Below, piece after piece: positions 14,060 to 27,211 of a stretch of DNA of 64,000 nt (position 1 is the first letter of the stretch; every line of letters begins with the position of its first letter). The stretch is from Octopus sinensis (taxonomy: Eukaryota). Both the position numbers and the translations under genes were made by a program. The notes beneath the pieces are model-generated. The model had not been told where the DNA came from and made no database searches. It was given only the letters and a program-made list of their open reading frames with translations. The stretch is taken from assembly GCF_006345805.1 (NCBI RefSeq), contig NC_043020.1, forward strand, positions 28,520,001-28,584,000. The letters are read 5' to 3'.

Positions 14060-14888
14060 TGTAGAAGTGTTTGGGTTTGCAATGGAAAGTTTTTCAGAGC
14101 CCTGACAATATACATAAACTGGGATGGGTGGAGATATTCAGAGCTGCCAACAACAAAAGTTTACTTCTAAGATCACTTGGTGGGAATAAAAGAAATTCTC
14201 TTTGTAAGTCACTACTGGATTGAAATTGAAGAAAATATATAACAACAAAATCAGCCATTATATACGGACATATAATATTGCTGTTAAGTACACTGGTTAT
14301 TGTAGTATTGCTGATGTACTTATTAAATAAAATAGATATTTTGTTTTTTTTCAGTAACACACCAAAAAGACTACATATTGCTTTCAAGATGATATATTTT
14401 TAAAGATGTATTATGAACAAATCCTACGGAACAGATGAAAATAGTAAAATCGGGTGGTGGGGGGAAAACCATTCTGCATTCAGTCAGCGTAAAAAAACGA
14501 GCCTGTAGATGTCTTCATACACAGTGAATAACATGTACAGAGACATGTGTACTGACGCAGGGTCTGGCCAGGCAATGGATATTTTCTTTAATTAAAATCT
14601 AAGGCAACAATTAAGTTTTAACACTTTTGTAGACTGGCAGCACCAAACATCTTTGGAGATACTAAGCTGGTACTGACTGTTAAGACTTTCTCCTTCCTTT
14701 CACCAACGCCTATTTTTTCACCCATTCACGCACGCACGCATGCACACGCACACTCGGACACCACATCTTTTAACTGCTAAATCACATTTTGTTGACATTA
14801 CAAAGATCCCAAGAAATATTACATAATCTATAGATTGACAGAAGTAAAAAATATATTTCTGAACTTGTTTGACAAATTTCAGGCAGTG

Positions 14889-15821
14889 TCAGGATTGGTT
14901 GGACGATAAGGTATAAAGTGGGAACGTCTCTCCAGAAGAAGCTACTAAACTGACTGGATAGGGCGAAGCCCCTGTGGTGGCACAAGTAGAAATACTTTCC
15001 ATTGGGGTCAACTCTATGCCTGATTCACATTTACTGGGTGTCATATAAGTTCTTGTAACCTTACTTGAAATGTGCCCTTGAGATGATCGTCTATGGGGTT
15101 CCGAGTTGGAACTGTCGTCCGTGTAACCTTTGCCACTCTGATTGATATTGGGTTTGCATTGTTTGATGTCCTCTTGCGAGAGATTGTAGTCTGTGACATC
15201 ATCGTCTAAGATCTCAATTGGTTCAGTCTTGATGCCGCATTCAGAAGGAATGCCACTGACCGAACTGCTACCTTGTAGTGACATGGAAGAGGCTTGGGAA
15301 GTGGAAGGAAACTGATTTTGGTGAGAAGTTAAATAATTATGCTGCTCGTTAAGAGACTGAAGCCTCTCGTCGAGCAGCGAATTATGAACATCTTCCAGGT
15401 GAGAATGCGACAATCCAACGTTCTGTTCTTGGTTGTCAAAAGTTACATCAGCAGGATTGGAATCGTCGCTCAATGTCAACACCACTGTTTGACGATTGCT
15501 CTGTGACTTGGGAAGAGAATCTCGGTGACGGGGCGTCAACGTTGACGGGGAGCTGGTCATTTGCTTGTGTTCGTTTAGACTGGCAGCAAACTCTCGGCAG
15601 TGTTTCTGAATTTTATCGACTTTTAAGAGATTAGATATTCGTTCGACATCCTTGTACAGATGTTCGTTAAGGTTAAGGACACCGTCGTAGAGAAAGCTGA
15701 CAAAGATTTTCAGTCCGTCTTCGCTAATCCCTGGTGGAAGATTCACTTCCAAGTCAGCACCATCGGTAATATTTTTTTCCATCAAGTGAGGACTGGCAGC
15801 AAACAAAACCAAACGATGTAA
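14889..15821 (-). CDS. BTB/POZ protein constant exon C3 (BTB core plus low-complexity tail, stop)
   Basis: Acceptor ttcttttcCAG, phase 0. Reads LHRLVLFAASPHL...GISEDGLKIFVSFLYDGVLNL...VERISNLLKVDKIQKHC (BTB signature HR-VL-A-S, F++FLY-G, L+V--+---C), then an S/T-rich tail with a GIKTEP SUMO-type motif. TGA at 14891-14889. Confidence 0.88.
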   Translation of the reverse strand, partial: LHRLVLFAASPHLMEKNITDGADLEVNLPPGISEDGLKIFVSFLYDGVLNLNEHLYKDVERISNLLKVDKIQKHCREFAASLNEHKQMTSSPSTLTPRHRDSLPKSQSNRQTVVLTLSDDSNPADVTFDNQEQNVGLSHSHLEDVHNSLLDERLQSLNEQHNYLTSHQNQFPSTSQASSMSLQGSSSVSGIPSECGIKTEPIEILDDDVTDYNLSQEDIKQCKPNINQSGKGYTDDSSNSEPHRRSSQGHISSKVTRTYMTPSKCESGIELTPMESISTCATTGASPYPVSLVASSGETFPLYTLSSNQS

Positions 15822-15886
15822 CTGGAAAAGAAATCAACAACACTCCGTAAGAAATACTGTAAGTAATTAGGCATCCAGATCTACAG

Positions 15887-16421
15887 CAGTGGGTCCCAAC
15901 TGGGGACCCATGGAAGATTTTGTTGATAAAATTTATGTGCAATAAACAAAATATGTTGATGTTTTAAAAAATACAATTTCTAATAATAATAATCATCATT
16001 TAACATCCGCTTTCCATGCTGACATGGGTTGGACAGTTTGACTGAGGACTGGCAAGCCAGAAGGCTGCACCAGGCTCCAATCTGATCTGGCAAGGTTTCT
16101 ACAGCTGGATACCCTTCCTAATGCCAGGGTACTTTTTACATGCCACATTTGAATGATGCTTTTTACATGCCACTGGCACCAACCATGTTCACATGGTGCA
16201 TTTTATGTGCCACCAACATGGGAACCAGGCCAGACAGACTTGCATCAACCACTCTCGAATGCTGCTATTTACATGCCACTGGCATGAGAGCTTGTCATAT
16301 TTAATTATAAAAATACAGTAAGATTTTTTTTTTATGTACATCGAATACGTATGGGGGGGGTCCAGTTGAGTAAAATACAAATCAGAGGGGTCGATAAGTG
16401 AAAAATGGTTGGGAACCACTG
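15887..16421. mobile_element. hAT/Charlie-type MITE with a nested SINE, in the C2-C3 intron
   Basis: TIRs CAGTGGGTCCCAAC (15887-15900) and GTTGGGAACCACTG (16408-16421). The 8-bp flanks atctacag and ttctatag match at 6/8. Confidence 0.7.
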
Positions 16422-16595
16422 TTCTATAGCATTTGAAATATAATAGTAAAGCAAAGCAGAGACCCCTGAAATAATGAGTATGACCATATGGACATGGTTT
16501 CCAAGACATTTTTTTTTTTACAAACAATAACAAAATTAAATTTCAGATAATCTTTAAAAGCAGAAAAATAATCAAATAAATAAAAATATTCTTAC

Positions 16596-16746
16596 AGTCA
16601 CATTTTTGTTTCCACTACAAATTTTAGCATCACATAAACGCCGCTTCCTCCATAAACTTGCCAACGATTTCATCATCCCATCTGCATGTTCTGGATCGAC
16701 ATAGGTTTTCTTGAAGACGGTTGCAGGGCGGGAAGAAGCGGAAAAG
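16596..16746 (-). CDS. BTB protein constant exon C2 (BTB N-terminal part)
   Basis: Acceptor tatttaacAG (phase 2), donor ACT|GTAAGA (phase 0). Reads FSASSRPATVFKKTYVDPEHADGMMKSLASLWRKRRLCDAKICSGNKNVT (Y-D--H----L--L-----LCD BTB start). In frame with C3. Confidence 0.88.
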
Positions 16747-17009
16747 CTGTTAAATACAAATGAGAGATTAACATGAATATCATTGTCTATGTTTTCATCA
16801 ACTCACACACACAGATCTATATGTTAGTCACTGATTGTCCGTTTGTCTGTCCTTGTTTGTCCCCTCTGTGTTTAACCCCTTGTGGGTAGTAAAGAAATAT
16901 ATATGTTAGTCACTGATTTTACCTGTACTGCAATGAATGCATACTTAATGAACTTGGCAATTTTGCTGCAAGTGGAACACTCAAAGATTTGGAAGAGCAA
17001 TACTTTGCA

Positions 17010-17330
17010 TGGAATTCTGTTTTAAATTGAGAAAAAATTTTTATGGAGAATTTCCTAAAGCTGAAACGAGTCTACAGCAAGAATTGTTTGAAGCAGACAC
17101 ACTGTCACGCATGATGCCAGCGTTTAAAGTTGGGGAAAGCATGGACTAAAGATGACCTCAAATCTGGACAATCTTCTACAACAGACAACAATCACACTGA
17201 GAAAGTGTGAGCTGTGAAAAGTGTCACCTAACGATCCATGAAGTTGCCGAAGAAATAAGCAGCTGCAAAAATTCCAAGTTATGTGATTTTAAAAGAAAAA
17301 ACAAAAAAGATGCATCTGTGTCATGTCCCC
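17010..17330 (+). mobile_element. Degenerate mariner transposase N-terminal fragment
   Basis: Broken translation resembles FCFKL...LKRVY..NCL...FKVG....DDLKSGQSST...EKV...LTIHEVAEEI. Confidence 0.55.
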
Positions 17331-17949
17331 TGCCAGAGGAAGCAAAAGGAGAATTGAATCAGAAAGAACTAAGAGCTGTTTGGTCCTTCCAATGTTGATG
17401 CAAGCTTTCACAAAAGCGTCATCACAAGAGAGCCTGTGGTTACAATGTCAAACTAACAAGACAGGTGATACGGTGGGGGTTGGATCATCACCACAGCCAA
17501 AAAACATCATGTTGAGCTCACTCTAATATGAAAGTGGTCATGATAAGGTTTTCATGGGAAATACTGTGATAGGGATCACTTATACACCACGGGGAAGTGG
17601 GGAACTGGTCCTGTGAGTCCTTGGACTGGAGACATGTCCATAGGGTTGAAGATTGCTCCATCCACACAATATGGTAATGCTAGGAGACATAATAATAATA
17701 ATCCTTTCTACTGTAGGCCTGAAATTTGTGGGGAGGGAGGAGCTAGTCAATTATACAGACCCTAGTGAATAACTGGTACTTAGTTCATTGACTCCAAAAG
17801 GATGAAACACAAAGTCAACCTTGGTGGAATTTGAACTTAGAACATGACGAAATGCCGCTAAGCATTTTGCCCAGTGTCCTAACAGTTCTGCCAGTATGCT
17901 GCCTTAATAATAATAATAATAATAATAATAGTAATAATAATGTTCTTAC

Positions 17950-18095
17950 CTTACAGACAAATCTTTTTCCTGATTTATTCTTATCTTGGAATTTTGGATT
18001 GTGTGCACTGGTTCTGGTTCATAAGTCTCAACTTCAGGCTGACCAATAATAGCGCCAGTGGCTGCTGCTACAGCGGACTGAACCTCCATTGCCTC
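17950..18095 (-). CDS. BTB protein constant exon C1 (146 nt; phase-0 acceptor, phase-2 donor)
   Basis: Acceptor gtttgtttaatttacAG|GAG, donor GTAAG|GTAAGA. Open frame EAMEVQSAVAAATGAIIGQPEVETYEPEPVHTIQNSKIRINQEKDLSV-S joins C2 in frame (AG+C = Ser). Confidence 0.8.
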
Positions 18096-20879
18096 CTGTA
18101 AATTAAACAAACAATCCAGTGAGAATACAGAAGAAAATCCACAAAAATAACATTGCTAAGGTCACCATCATCCCCACGGTCATTTCCATATATTGTTGAT
18201 TAGGGGTGGGCTAAGTTTGCTGTACAGCAGGACTTGATCCTTTGTTATTTTATCCAACCGATTCCATGTCAAAACTTCACATCTTGCCCGTTCAAGAAGT
18301 TGTAGATGGCTCTGCGGTTTAAAAGCTTGCTCTAAAAACATGTGGTTTCGGGTTCAGTTCCACTGCACAGCACCTTGAACATGTGTCGTTTATTATAGCT
18401 GTAGAATGACCAATGCCTTGTGCGTTGATTTGGTCAAGGGAAACTGTGTGGAAACCCATTGTGTATATACAGGTGTGTGGTGGGGTGAGAGTGTGTTTGC
18501 CACCCTCACTGCATGACAACTGGTGTTGGTTTGTTTACATCCCTTGAACTTAGCAGTTTGGTAAAAGAGACGAACAAAAGTAAAAGACAAACGAACTATT
18601 TTGCTATCCATCAACAGCATATGTGCTGCCACCTCTCCATCAGCCGATCCCATCATACCAAATCAGTCTTTTATGCCACAACAGATTTCCAGGCTGATCT
18701 CCTACAGTTAAAGCTCCATAACGATTACATAAGCTTGATGAAGTAAACAGTCAAACCATTACAACTGCAAGGAATCTACAAACAGCTCCACATTTCTAGC
18801 AACAATCCAAAACGGCTCAAATTCCAACCAAGATATAAATAAACAAAAATATGAAAGTCACAAACCTTAATACCTCAACCACCACTAATGGGAACACTAA
18901 TAGAAATTTCTAACATAGGCGCACATGTGGTTTCAGGTTCAGTCCCACACTGCAGCACCTTGGGCCCATGTCTTTTACTATAGCCCTAGGCCAACCAAAG
19001 CCATCTGAGTAGATCTGGAAGACAGAAACTGTAAGATGTGTGTTGTGCATCAGTGTGTGTGTGACTTTGTGTCTCCTTGTTTTGACATCATATGTGAGTT
19101 GTAAACGAATGTCACTGTTATACAAGCAGTGTCATTCATTCCGAATATTCTGCAAGAACATGACTGGCTGCTTAGAAACAGTTGGGGGTTGGCAGCAGTT
19201 GAAAATCTGCCTCAATAAACTCTGTCCAACCCATGCCAGCATAGAATAGCGAATGTTATGATGAACATAAATACAAACCCATCATCAAAAGGGAGGCAGG
19301 GTATAGTGAAGGTGAACGACAAAACTCCCAAAAAGATATATGTGAATATGGAGAAAGCAAGAGGAAATGTCACAGTGCTCCTACATAATTCTGTCAACGA
19401 TATATTAAATAGGGCAATTATCCAACCAATTACAGAAAAATGTAATTAAAAAGTTCGACAAGCAGACAAGGTACAATCATGCTCTGTGATGGAGCAAATA
19501 GATTCGTGCACCTCCACTTTAAGGGAATATGGTGAAGACAATTTGATCCACTGTGAGGGGTCATCTGCAGCAGTTGAATACCAATAAAAAACATTCTGCG
19601 TCAGTTGATCTGTTTAAAACAGGCAGATTCCAAGGCATCGTTCTAACGAGAGTTATCTTCCCTTGCACATAATTTATTTGGAAAATGGTAAATACCACTG
19701 AAATTTCTATTAAGACATCTTACCTTTTGGATCACTAAAAATCTTTTCGTGGGACCTAGTTTGAGAAGCCCTTCAGCCACCAATTGATTAACAATAAAAC
19801 GTACTTTTGGCTTCCACTTTGAGAACAGACAAATGTGCTGCTTTGATTCACGGATGTCAACTTATGGTGCAAGCATGGTGTTTTATATGTAAACTGAGAT
19901 ATTATCTGCCTTATCCACATTGAGTCATGTTTTGCTGCTTTTATTTGTTCACTAGTAACGCGGCTGATAACTTGAAGTAATTCCTAACCCTATCATCAGG
20001 TGTTAATCTACCTGAAAACTGGTGTTAGAGGATTTAACAGTTGTGGTTGTTGAGAATAAGTTCCTGACCATCAGAGAAAACAGTAGAAATAGTTACAAGT
20101 ATCAGCAGAAACGATGATTATCTGACAGAATAGAGGAAAAGGGAATGCGTATGAGAGCTTAGTGATTTGACCATATAGGTCAATGGACTCTGCTGACCAA
20201 GTTAAAACTATGGCTGTTGTCTGAAGCACTGAGGAAACCAAACAAGAGCTTAGAGCTGGTTACATTACATGTTGTTCAGTGTATCAGAGTTTTATTGAGG
20301 CTGATTTTCTATGGTTGGATAGCCAGCCTGTCACCAACCTTCACTTCCTTCCAAGCTAGGTAATATTTACCCAAGGCCAGATACGTTTTCACAGAATTTT
20401 GGGTACAAGTGGCACTGCTTGTATGACAGTGACACTCATTTACAACTAACATGCTATATCAAGACAAGGAGACACTAGCACACACATATATATGTGATGG
20501 GCTTCTTTTAGCCTCTATCTACTGAATCCATTTACAAGGCATTGGTCAGTCTGTGTCTATAGCAGAAGACACTTGGTCAAGGTGCCTAACCGTGGGACTG
20601 AGCCCGAAACCACAGGACAGAGTTGAAGAACAGACAGATTGGATTTAAAAGTAGGGTGGCTGCTGTGTAAAACCGCAAGATAATACAGCAACCATATGCA
20701 TTCATCTGACAGGTCTAAATCACTAGTAAAATGTGCACAGCACACTCCAGCCATAATGGAAGGTGTTGCAGATAGAATGCTAATGAGTAAGAAGTTCTGT
20801 GTTGGATGCACAGAAAGGCTTTCAGCAAATAAAAGTTTTGATGGGCTTCTTTACAGAGGGCTTGAGGCCAGCGGAGAGC

Positions 20880-21070
20880 AAGGGACGAGAGAGAAGTAAA
20901 AGAAGGGGCTTACAACTTCAAAAGATGTTGATTGACAGAAAGGCTTAAGGGACTGAATATCATAGACAAGAGGAAAAACTAGACAATGGTAGGGAGTTCC
21001 GGAGAGTGGCAGTTTGAGGAAAGAAGCTATTAGAAAAAGACTTATGACTAACAGGAAGCTCAAAACGAAA
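20880..21070 (-). mobile_element. CR1/L2-type LINE 3' fragment
   Basis: Frameshifted SNSFFPQTATLRNSLP / VFPLVYDIQSLK, like CR1-clade ORF2 ends. Confidence 0.55.
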
Positions 21071-22789
21071 CAAAGTCTCTGGGTAGAAGAGAAGCAGGTT
21101 CCACATTTAAAGGTCTTCAGAGGTGACTAGATCAGAAAGGTCATCACACCAATGACCAAGGAAATACTTAGACACAACAAAGATACTTTGGACAGTATTT
21201 GTGGTCATTGGCAATATTTCTGAGTGTTTTCTGAGTTAAAGATCTGACAAATGTTTACAAACCATTTTATAAAGTATATAAAAACTAAAGTCTAAACCTG
21301 AATCCAAGAAAACTTGGTTAATTTTTGAGCAAGTAAAATAGCTTGGAGACCTACAAACCACAGGATCTACGTAAATTTTCTGCTCTTTGTATTTTACAAT
21401 AAATCTTTAAAACTAATAAACTCAGAATGGCCAAAAGTTTGTGTCACTGTAAAATTCCACACCTGAGAAACTTTGCCCATATGTAATACGCAGGTTACTA
21501 ACAGAAATTCACCTATTAACAAATCATAGTATGTAATATTCTTTTCTGGCAGGAAAGAGAGATATTACTCTTAGTTCTAATATCACATTGAAATTTAGTT
21601 TGTGACATACAAAAGGTATGTAAAATTATGTACTACACATCACCATCAAATATTATAAATCACAACCCAAAATTTGAGGAAAGCCTTGAAAAGATAGAAG
21701 AGATGTTAATATTGGATCAACATACCCAGGTTTTAACTTTTTTGGATGGCCTCAATTGAATTGGCAAAGGGCCAGATTCTCTCTACTGTCACAGCAAGAC
21801 TAAACACAAGCAGTATCCCTATTCATACAAAAAGATGGTCCTCTTTACTAAGTGCCAACAACACACTGAATCTCCTCTTCATAAATAATGTAGAATACAT
21901 TAAAACAGCAATGAATAACCCCCTACAATCTTCTCTGATCAAAACCTAGAAGATGTGATCCTATAGTTCAGCATTTCAACAACAAGCAGTCCAATTAAAA
22001 GAGGTTGTATGCAAGATAATGAAAGGATGCAGATTGGAGCCTGGTGCAGCCATCTGGTTCGCCAGTCCTCAATCAAATCGTCCAACCCATGCTAGCATGG
22101 AAAGCAGACGTTAAACGATGATGACTGAAACATTTTGTCATTAATGCAAACAAAACTCATTAGATATTTCCCAAGGAGAAGAAGCAAGCTTCCTAAAAAA
22201 TATTCCAAATTTTCATACAACAAAGATGAAAATAACCTCAAATTGTTTGACCGGATAAACTAGACAAACAAAAAGCCCTCTAACTGAAAATTAAATGAAA
22301 TGCTTCCATTCAAAGGAAAAGAGTAAAAGAAACCAAAAATCTGATGAAGATTCACAAGAGACAGTTCTGGTGCATTACAAAATAAACCTTTGTTTCAAAG
22401 AAATGAACTACTCACAAGATACTCTGAAAAGGTAAATGAAATACAAAATGAACAATATTTTCACTATCCCACTCGAACACGTACAAATAAACAAGCCAGA
22501 TAAATTCTTCAATAATACTGTATCTCTGTATAAAGAAGTGGTAATTTTAGCAATTACATTGCTAAAATGAGCCTGGACCTCACAACAAGCCATTGTGGTT
22601 TTTTGGACTGCTCCATCGCACTTTCCTTGAAGGTCCTATCCATAAGGGACGAAGCAGAAATGCTAAATATTAAGCATATCTCACTGTCTTTACATATCAG
22701 CAAGGAAATGTAAAGACTCACCAAAATTGAATTGATTCTATGTACCCTAATAAAAGTTATCTTTTTACACCTATTGTAGCATCATGATT

Positions 22790-23190
22790 CATCATCATCA
22801 TCGTTTAACGTCCGCTTTCCATGCCAGCATGGATTGGACGATTTGACTGAGGGCTGGCGAACCAGATGGCCGCACCAGGCTTCAATCTTGATCTGGCAGA
22901 GTTTCTACAGCTGGATGCCCTTCCTAACGCCAACCACTCTGAGAGTGTAGTGGTTGCATTTACGTGCCACTGGCACAGGGCCCATAAGGCGATGCTGGTA
23001 ACGATCACGCTCAAATGGTGTCTTTTATGTGCCACCGGCACGGAGGCCAGATAGCTGCTCTGGCAATGATCACGCTCGGATGGTGCTCTTAACACCCTAC
23101 TAGCACGGGGCTCGAGTGCCAGTAAGGCAATGCTGGTAACGATCACACTCGAATGGTGCCTTTTAAGTGCCACTTGCACGGAAGCCGGTT
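22790..23190. mobile_element. Abundant (CAT)n-ended SINE/LINE-tail family, representative copy
   Basis: catcatcatcgtttaacgtccgctttccatgc...ctggatgcccttcctaacgccaaccactc recurs near 9950-10150, 13610, 15995, 22020, 33900, 43000, 44785, 45945, 60500, 61110 and 63600-64000. Confidence 0.85.
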
Positions 23191-23569
23191 GAAGATTTTC
23201 AACCAGATGTGAACCTCCATTCCAGCAATCCAGATATTCCAAGCAGCTCCAGAGGAACACCTGTGCGCTTTAGCAAGAAGTAGTTTACCATATGTTGTAC
23301 AATGCTGCCTTTTGCATTTTTGTTATTTCTGTAATGTCCAGACACTCACCAGCATGTCACCTCTATTTAGTACTCCTATTCACTGTTTCATCATTATTAT
23401 TCTGTTGCTCCACACCAGGCTCAGAGCTTTTGGGGAGTTCATCTGAGATACTCCAGGCTTCTGTATCAGTCGTCTTGGTTTGAGAGAGACAAGGGGAGGT
23501 GTGAGCAAGGGAATCATTGAAGATAAGATGCCAAGCCATCCTCAATGCAACTGAACAACAGACTGAAGC

Positions 23570-23725
23570 AAGCATGGCTGTGTGGTTAAGAAGCTTGCTT
23601 CCCAACCATGTGATCTTGGGTTCAATCCCAATGCGCAGCACCTTAGGTAACTGTCTTCCACTATAGCCCTGGGCTAACCAAAAGCCTTGTGAGTGGACGG
23701 AAATTGAAAGAAGCCCATCATATAT
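23570..23725 (+). mobile_element. tRNA-related SINE family 2, representative copy
   Basis: gtggttaagaagcttgcttcccaaccat...caccttgggcaagtgtcttctactatagc...ccaaagccttgtgagtgga recurs near 6690, 9340, 10150, 18330, 18920, 20490, 33230, 39420, 51050 and 53305. Confidence 0.8.
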
Positions 23726-23794
23726 CATCATAATTTAACATCCGTGTTCAATGCTGGCATGGATTGGATGGTTTGACAGCCCAAGAAAGGCAAT

Positions 23795-23993
23795 GAGCTG
23801 GCAGAAACGTTAGCACGCCGGGCGAAATGTGTAGCTGTATTACGTCTGCTGATACGTTCTGTGTTCAAAATTCCGCCGAGGTCTTCTTTGCCTTTCATCC
23901 TTTCGGGGTCGATTAAATAAGTACCAGTTACGCACTGGGGTCGATATAATCGACTTAATCCGTTTGTCTGTCCTTGTGGGTAGTAAAGAAATA
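23795..23993 (+). mobile_element. tRNA-derived SINE family 3, representative copy
   Basis: gagctggcagaaacgttagcacgccgggcgaaatg...ctttgcctttcatcctttcggggtcgat...gggtagtaaagaaata. Near-identical copies at 43918-44141, 55335-55532 and 62568-62778. Confidence 0.85.
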
Positions 23994-24600
23994 GGTTTGA
24001 CAGCCCAAGAACTGCATCACCCCCCAGTGTTTGCTTGCTGTGGTTTCTCTGGCTGAATGCCCTTCCCAATGACAGTTTACAGTGTGCCCTGAGTGCTATT
24101 TTCATGCCAGCAGCACAAGTGAGGGTTGCCATGCAGCTTGCAAGACTATGAACCGACAGAATAAGAACTGAACCCCGCTTAGAAATAAAAAGTGGGATCG
24201 ATTTGATGGCCTAAACCCTTCGAAGTAATGCTACAGCATGGCCACAGCCCGCTGACTGAAACAAGTAAAAGATCTCAGAAACATTTATGACAATAAAATA
24301 AAACAATTATCTTTTTTCGCATTTTTTTTTCGTTTTTTTTCTTCTCCAAAACCTATTTTAAAGAAGCGTGTTGTCACACACGTACAAGCTGTTTGCCTAT
24401 GTTATCAAAAGTATTTTGCCAACTTAAACACTTCATTATCCTATCTTTAATATTTAACCCCATAAAATAATTTCATTTATCTTTCGGGTGTGTGTTGTTT
24501 TTCATTTTTTTTTTGTTACCAACACTAGCAACCGTTAAATTGTTGGCCCATCCCCACACGGCAATTCTTTCTTGATTTTGTTTAAATTTTATCTATCATC

Positions 24601-24642
<42 letters not shown>

Positions 24643-25173
24643 ACTGAAACAAAGAAAATTAAATAGAAGCTGGTCAAGTTATAGCTAACATTCCCTTACT
24701 CGATCGTAAATATGATTGTACCAGCAGTTTCCTTCACCGTGTGTACATTTTTCTTTTTATATTAGGAGTTGATTCGACAAATATTAAAACAGCAGAGTAC
24801 TGCAAAGAACCAAACACCGATGTTTTAATAATATAGATAAACCGAAAATTAATTCCAAAAAAATCAATTAATTCCACACGTAATCAATTAACAGAGGAGG
24901 ATTCAACAGTATGCCAAACTGCACCAATCTATCCGCTAGGCTTAGCCAAGTAAATAAAACTACCTGCAGTATGGAGACAAATGATGTCTAAGCAGGACAT
25001 GTAGCATTTCTGTTCTCATGTAGGATCCAAAATAACGAGAAGCATGAAAGAATTTAAAAAGAAAAAAAAAAAACCAACAGGGAAGTTGATGGATAAGATC
25101 CATCCTACCTCACACACACACACCATTCAGTGTTAATTATTGGAAACAGGCGACTCAATACAACAGTAGAGAT

Positions 25174-25212
<39 letters not shown>

Positions 25213-26589
25213 AATTTTGATTGAGTCAGTCCCTTCCTACTGAGTCTCGCCTGTGGGTGCACAGGATCTCGAGGAAAATCATAGCTTGCCTGAAGAGCCT
25301 GTGTCCCTGCAGAGTAACAAGAGACTGACTTGATCAGAATTAATATTTATATAATTCTACCCGCGGTACTTTCGCACCCGTACTCGTTATTTTCCCGTGT
25401 CTATGTCATCTAACCGTCCTCAATTAAATAAGTGTTGTGTGTCGGGGATGTCGCAGTGCGGTGCCAGGTTCTCGATGAATCGAGTCGACACAAACCCAGT
25501 TTTGCTTACAAAACAGAATTGTTTCCACCCCTTTAAAAACTGAAGCCTCAATAAACGACGATCGTTGTTTTGTATCCATTTGCACAAAATTTCAAACATT
25601 GCATAAAATGCTTTACAATAACTGAAACCAGCTTCATTCAAACCTCGCCAGAATCGACGAGTTTTCAACGCAACCCGACCAAAGATCGATAAAACAAGAA
25701 GGATCGATTCAATAGACATACTCCCTTTCCCTTATAAAATATAGATTTGTTTAATTAAATTTCTATCGTTAATAAACCAAGAGTTTCTGTCGGTTTAACA
25801 TAAATTTGGGGGAAAAAAAGGAAGTTAAAAAACTCACCTAAGTTTGGATAGACAGAGCTAGATAGACATTTTGCTCTTGTTCTATGAAAATAACACCAGG
25901 AAATTGAATTTCTGAAGGGTTCTAAGGTCAGTGTTACTATATAAATCAATCATCTTAGAAGATCGATAATTGGAAATTTCTTTAGAAATCGTTAAACTAC
26001 AGGATATATATTTGAAGAACTACCTCTTAACCAAGTCGCTTTTCTATGTCAACCTCTGTTGAAATGTAAACAAAAACAGTGAAGTATGATCACATACGGC
26101 AAGTAAACAGATCACCTTACATAAATACACACACACAGATCAACGATGGGGGCCTCAAAGAGAGTACTCGACCTACTAGAGATAGCAACCAAAGAAAACT
26201 GCCTTTAAAAAAGCTGGGGAACATATTAGAAGTATAATCCGAGATACGGAATGCCCCGAGAAGACGGAATGGTCATTGCTGGAGCACCTTTTATTATAGG
26301 TCTCCTTACTACTCAGGCACTAACATTGTGTGTGTGTGTGTGTGTGTGGATATATAGGTAAATTTTTCGATATATATATATATATATATATATATAACAT
26401 AAAATAAGTTAGGGGTTATGGGTGCAACCCACTAAGGGATAGCATTTATCCAATATACTGTTTGGTAAAGTACCCAAATTCTTAATACAAAAATGTTTTA
26501 AATTGCAATGCAATTAACTTATTGTATTAAACGGGTGAAGGTAAAGCAATATTTTACCGTTAATTTATAATACAAATAAGAAAATGGAG

Positions 26590-26730
26590 AAACATACATA
26601 TATCTATATATACATATACATATATATATATACATATACATATATATATATACACATATACATATATATATATACATATATATATATACATATACATATA
26701 TATATATACATATACATATATATATACATA
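26590..26730. repeat. (TA)n/(TACA)n microsatellite
   Basis: Direct inspection. Confidence 0.95.
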
Positions 26731-27211
26731 TCACCATCTTACAGTTTGTTTTCTGGAACTATATAAACGAAAGGTGAATAAACCCATCAAAACGTTATCA
26801 ATGCTGAGAGGCAGATTAAATATGGTATAAAATATCAACTGCAAATTATATTAAAACCAAAACACCACATTATACAAACATATTAAACGCTGCATCATAT
26901 TTTATGCAACATATGTATTATTTAAATACAAAAGATACTTTTCCAATAAATTTGCAATTAAGAAATATTTTGGTTGCTAAAAGAAATAACATTTTGAAAT
27001 TGTATTTATATTATAAACAAAGGTACTTGTGTGTGTATATATGTGGACAGGAATATATAAAAGGTGCAGAGATATAAACATAGGGAGATGGGTGAAGTGT
27101 GTGTGTGCCCCACCATGGGGACACTGACAGACAACAAATCCTGCCAGGATTTTAATATTGAGGACTGGGTGCTTTAAGCGGATGATTAGGAACACGAAAA
27201 CACGCACTTAC

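Noticed and set aside
11750-14880. Additional BTB-gene coding exons (e.g. zinc fingers) downstream of C3
   Set aside because: No convincing donor before the C3 stop and no domain-like minus-strand frames found; treated as 3'UTR or intergenic.
21200-22700. Possible highly decayed Penelope-type RT remnants
   Set aside because: Only faint motif echoes with many stops; cannot be supported without a profile search.
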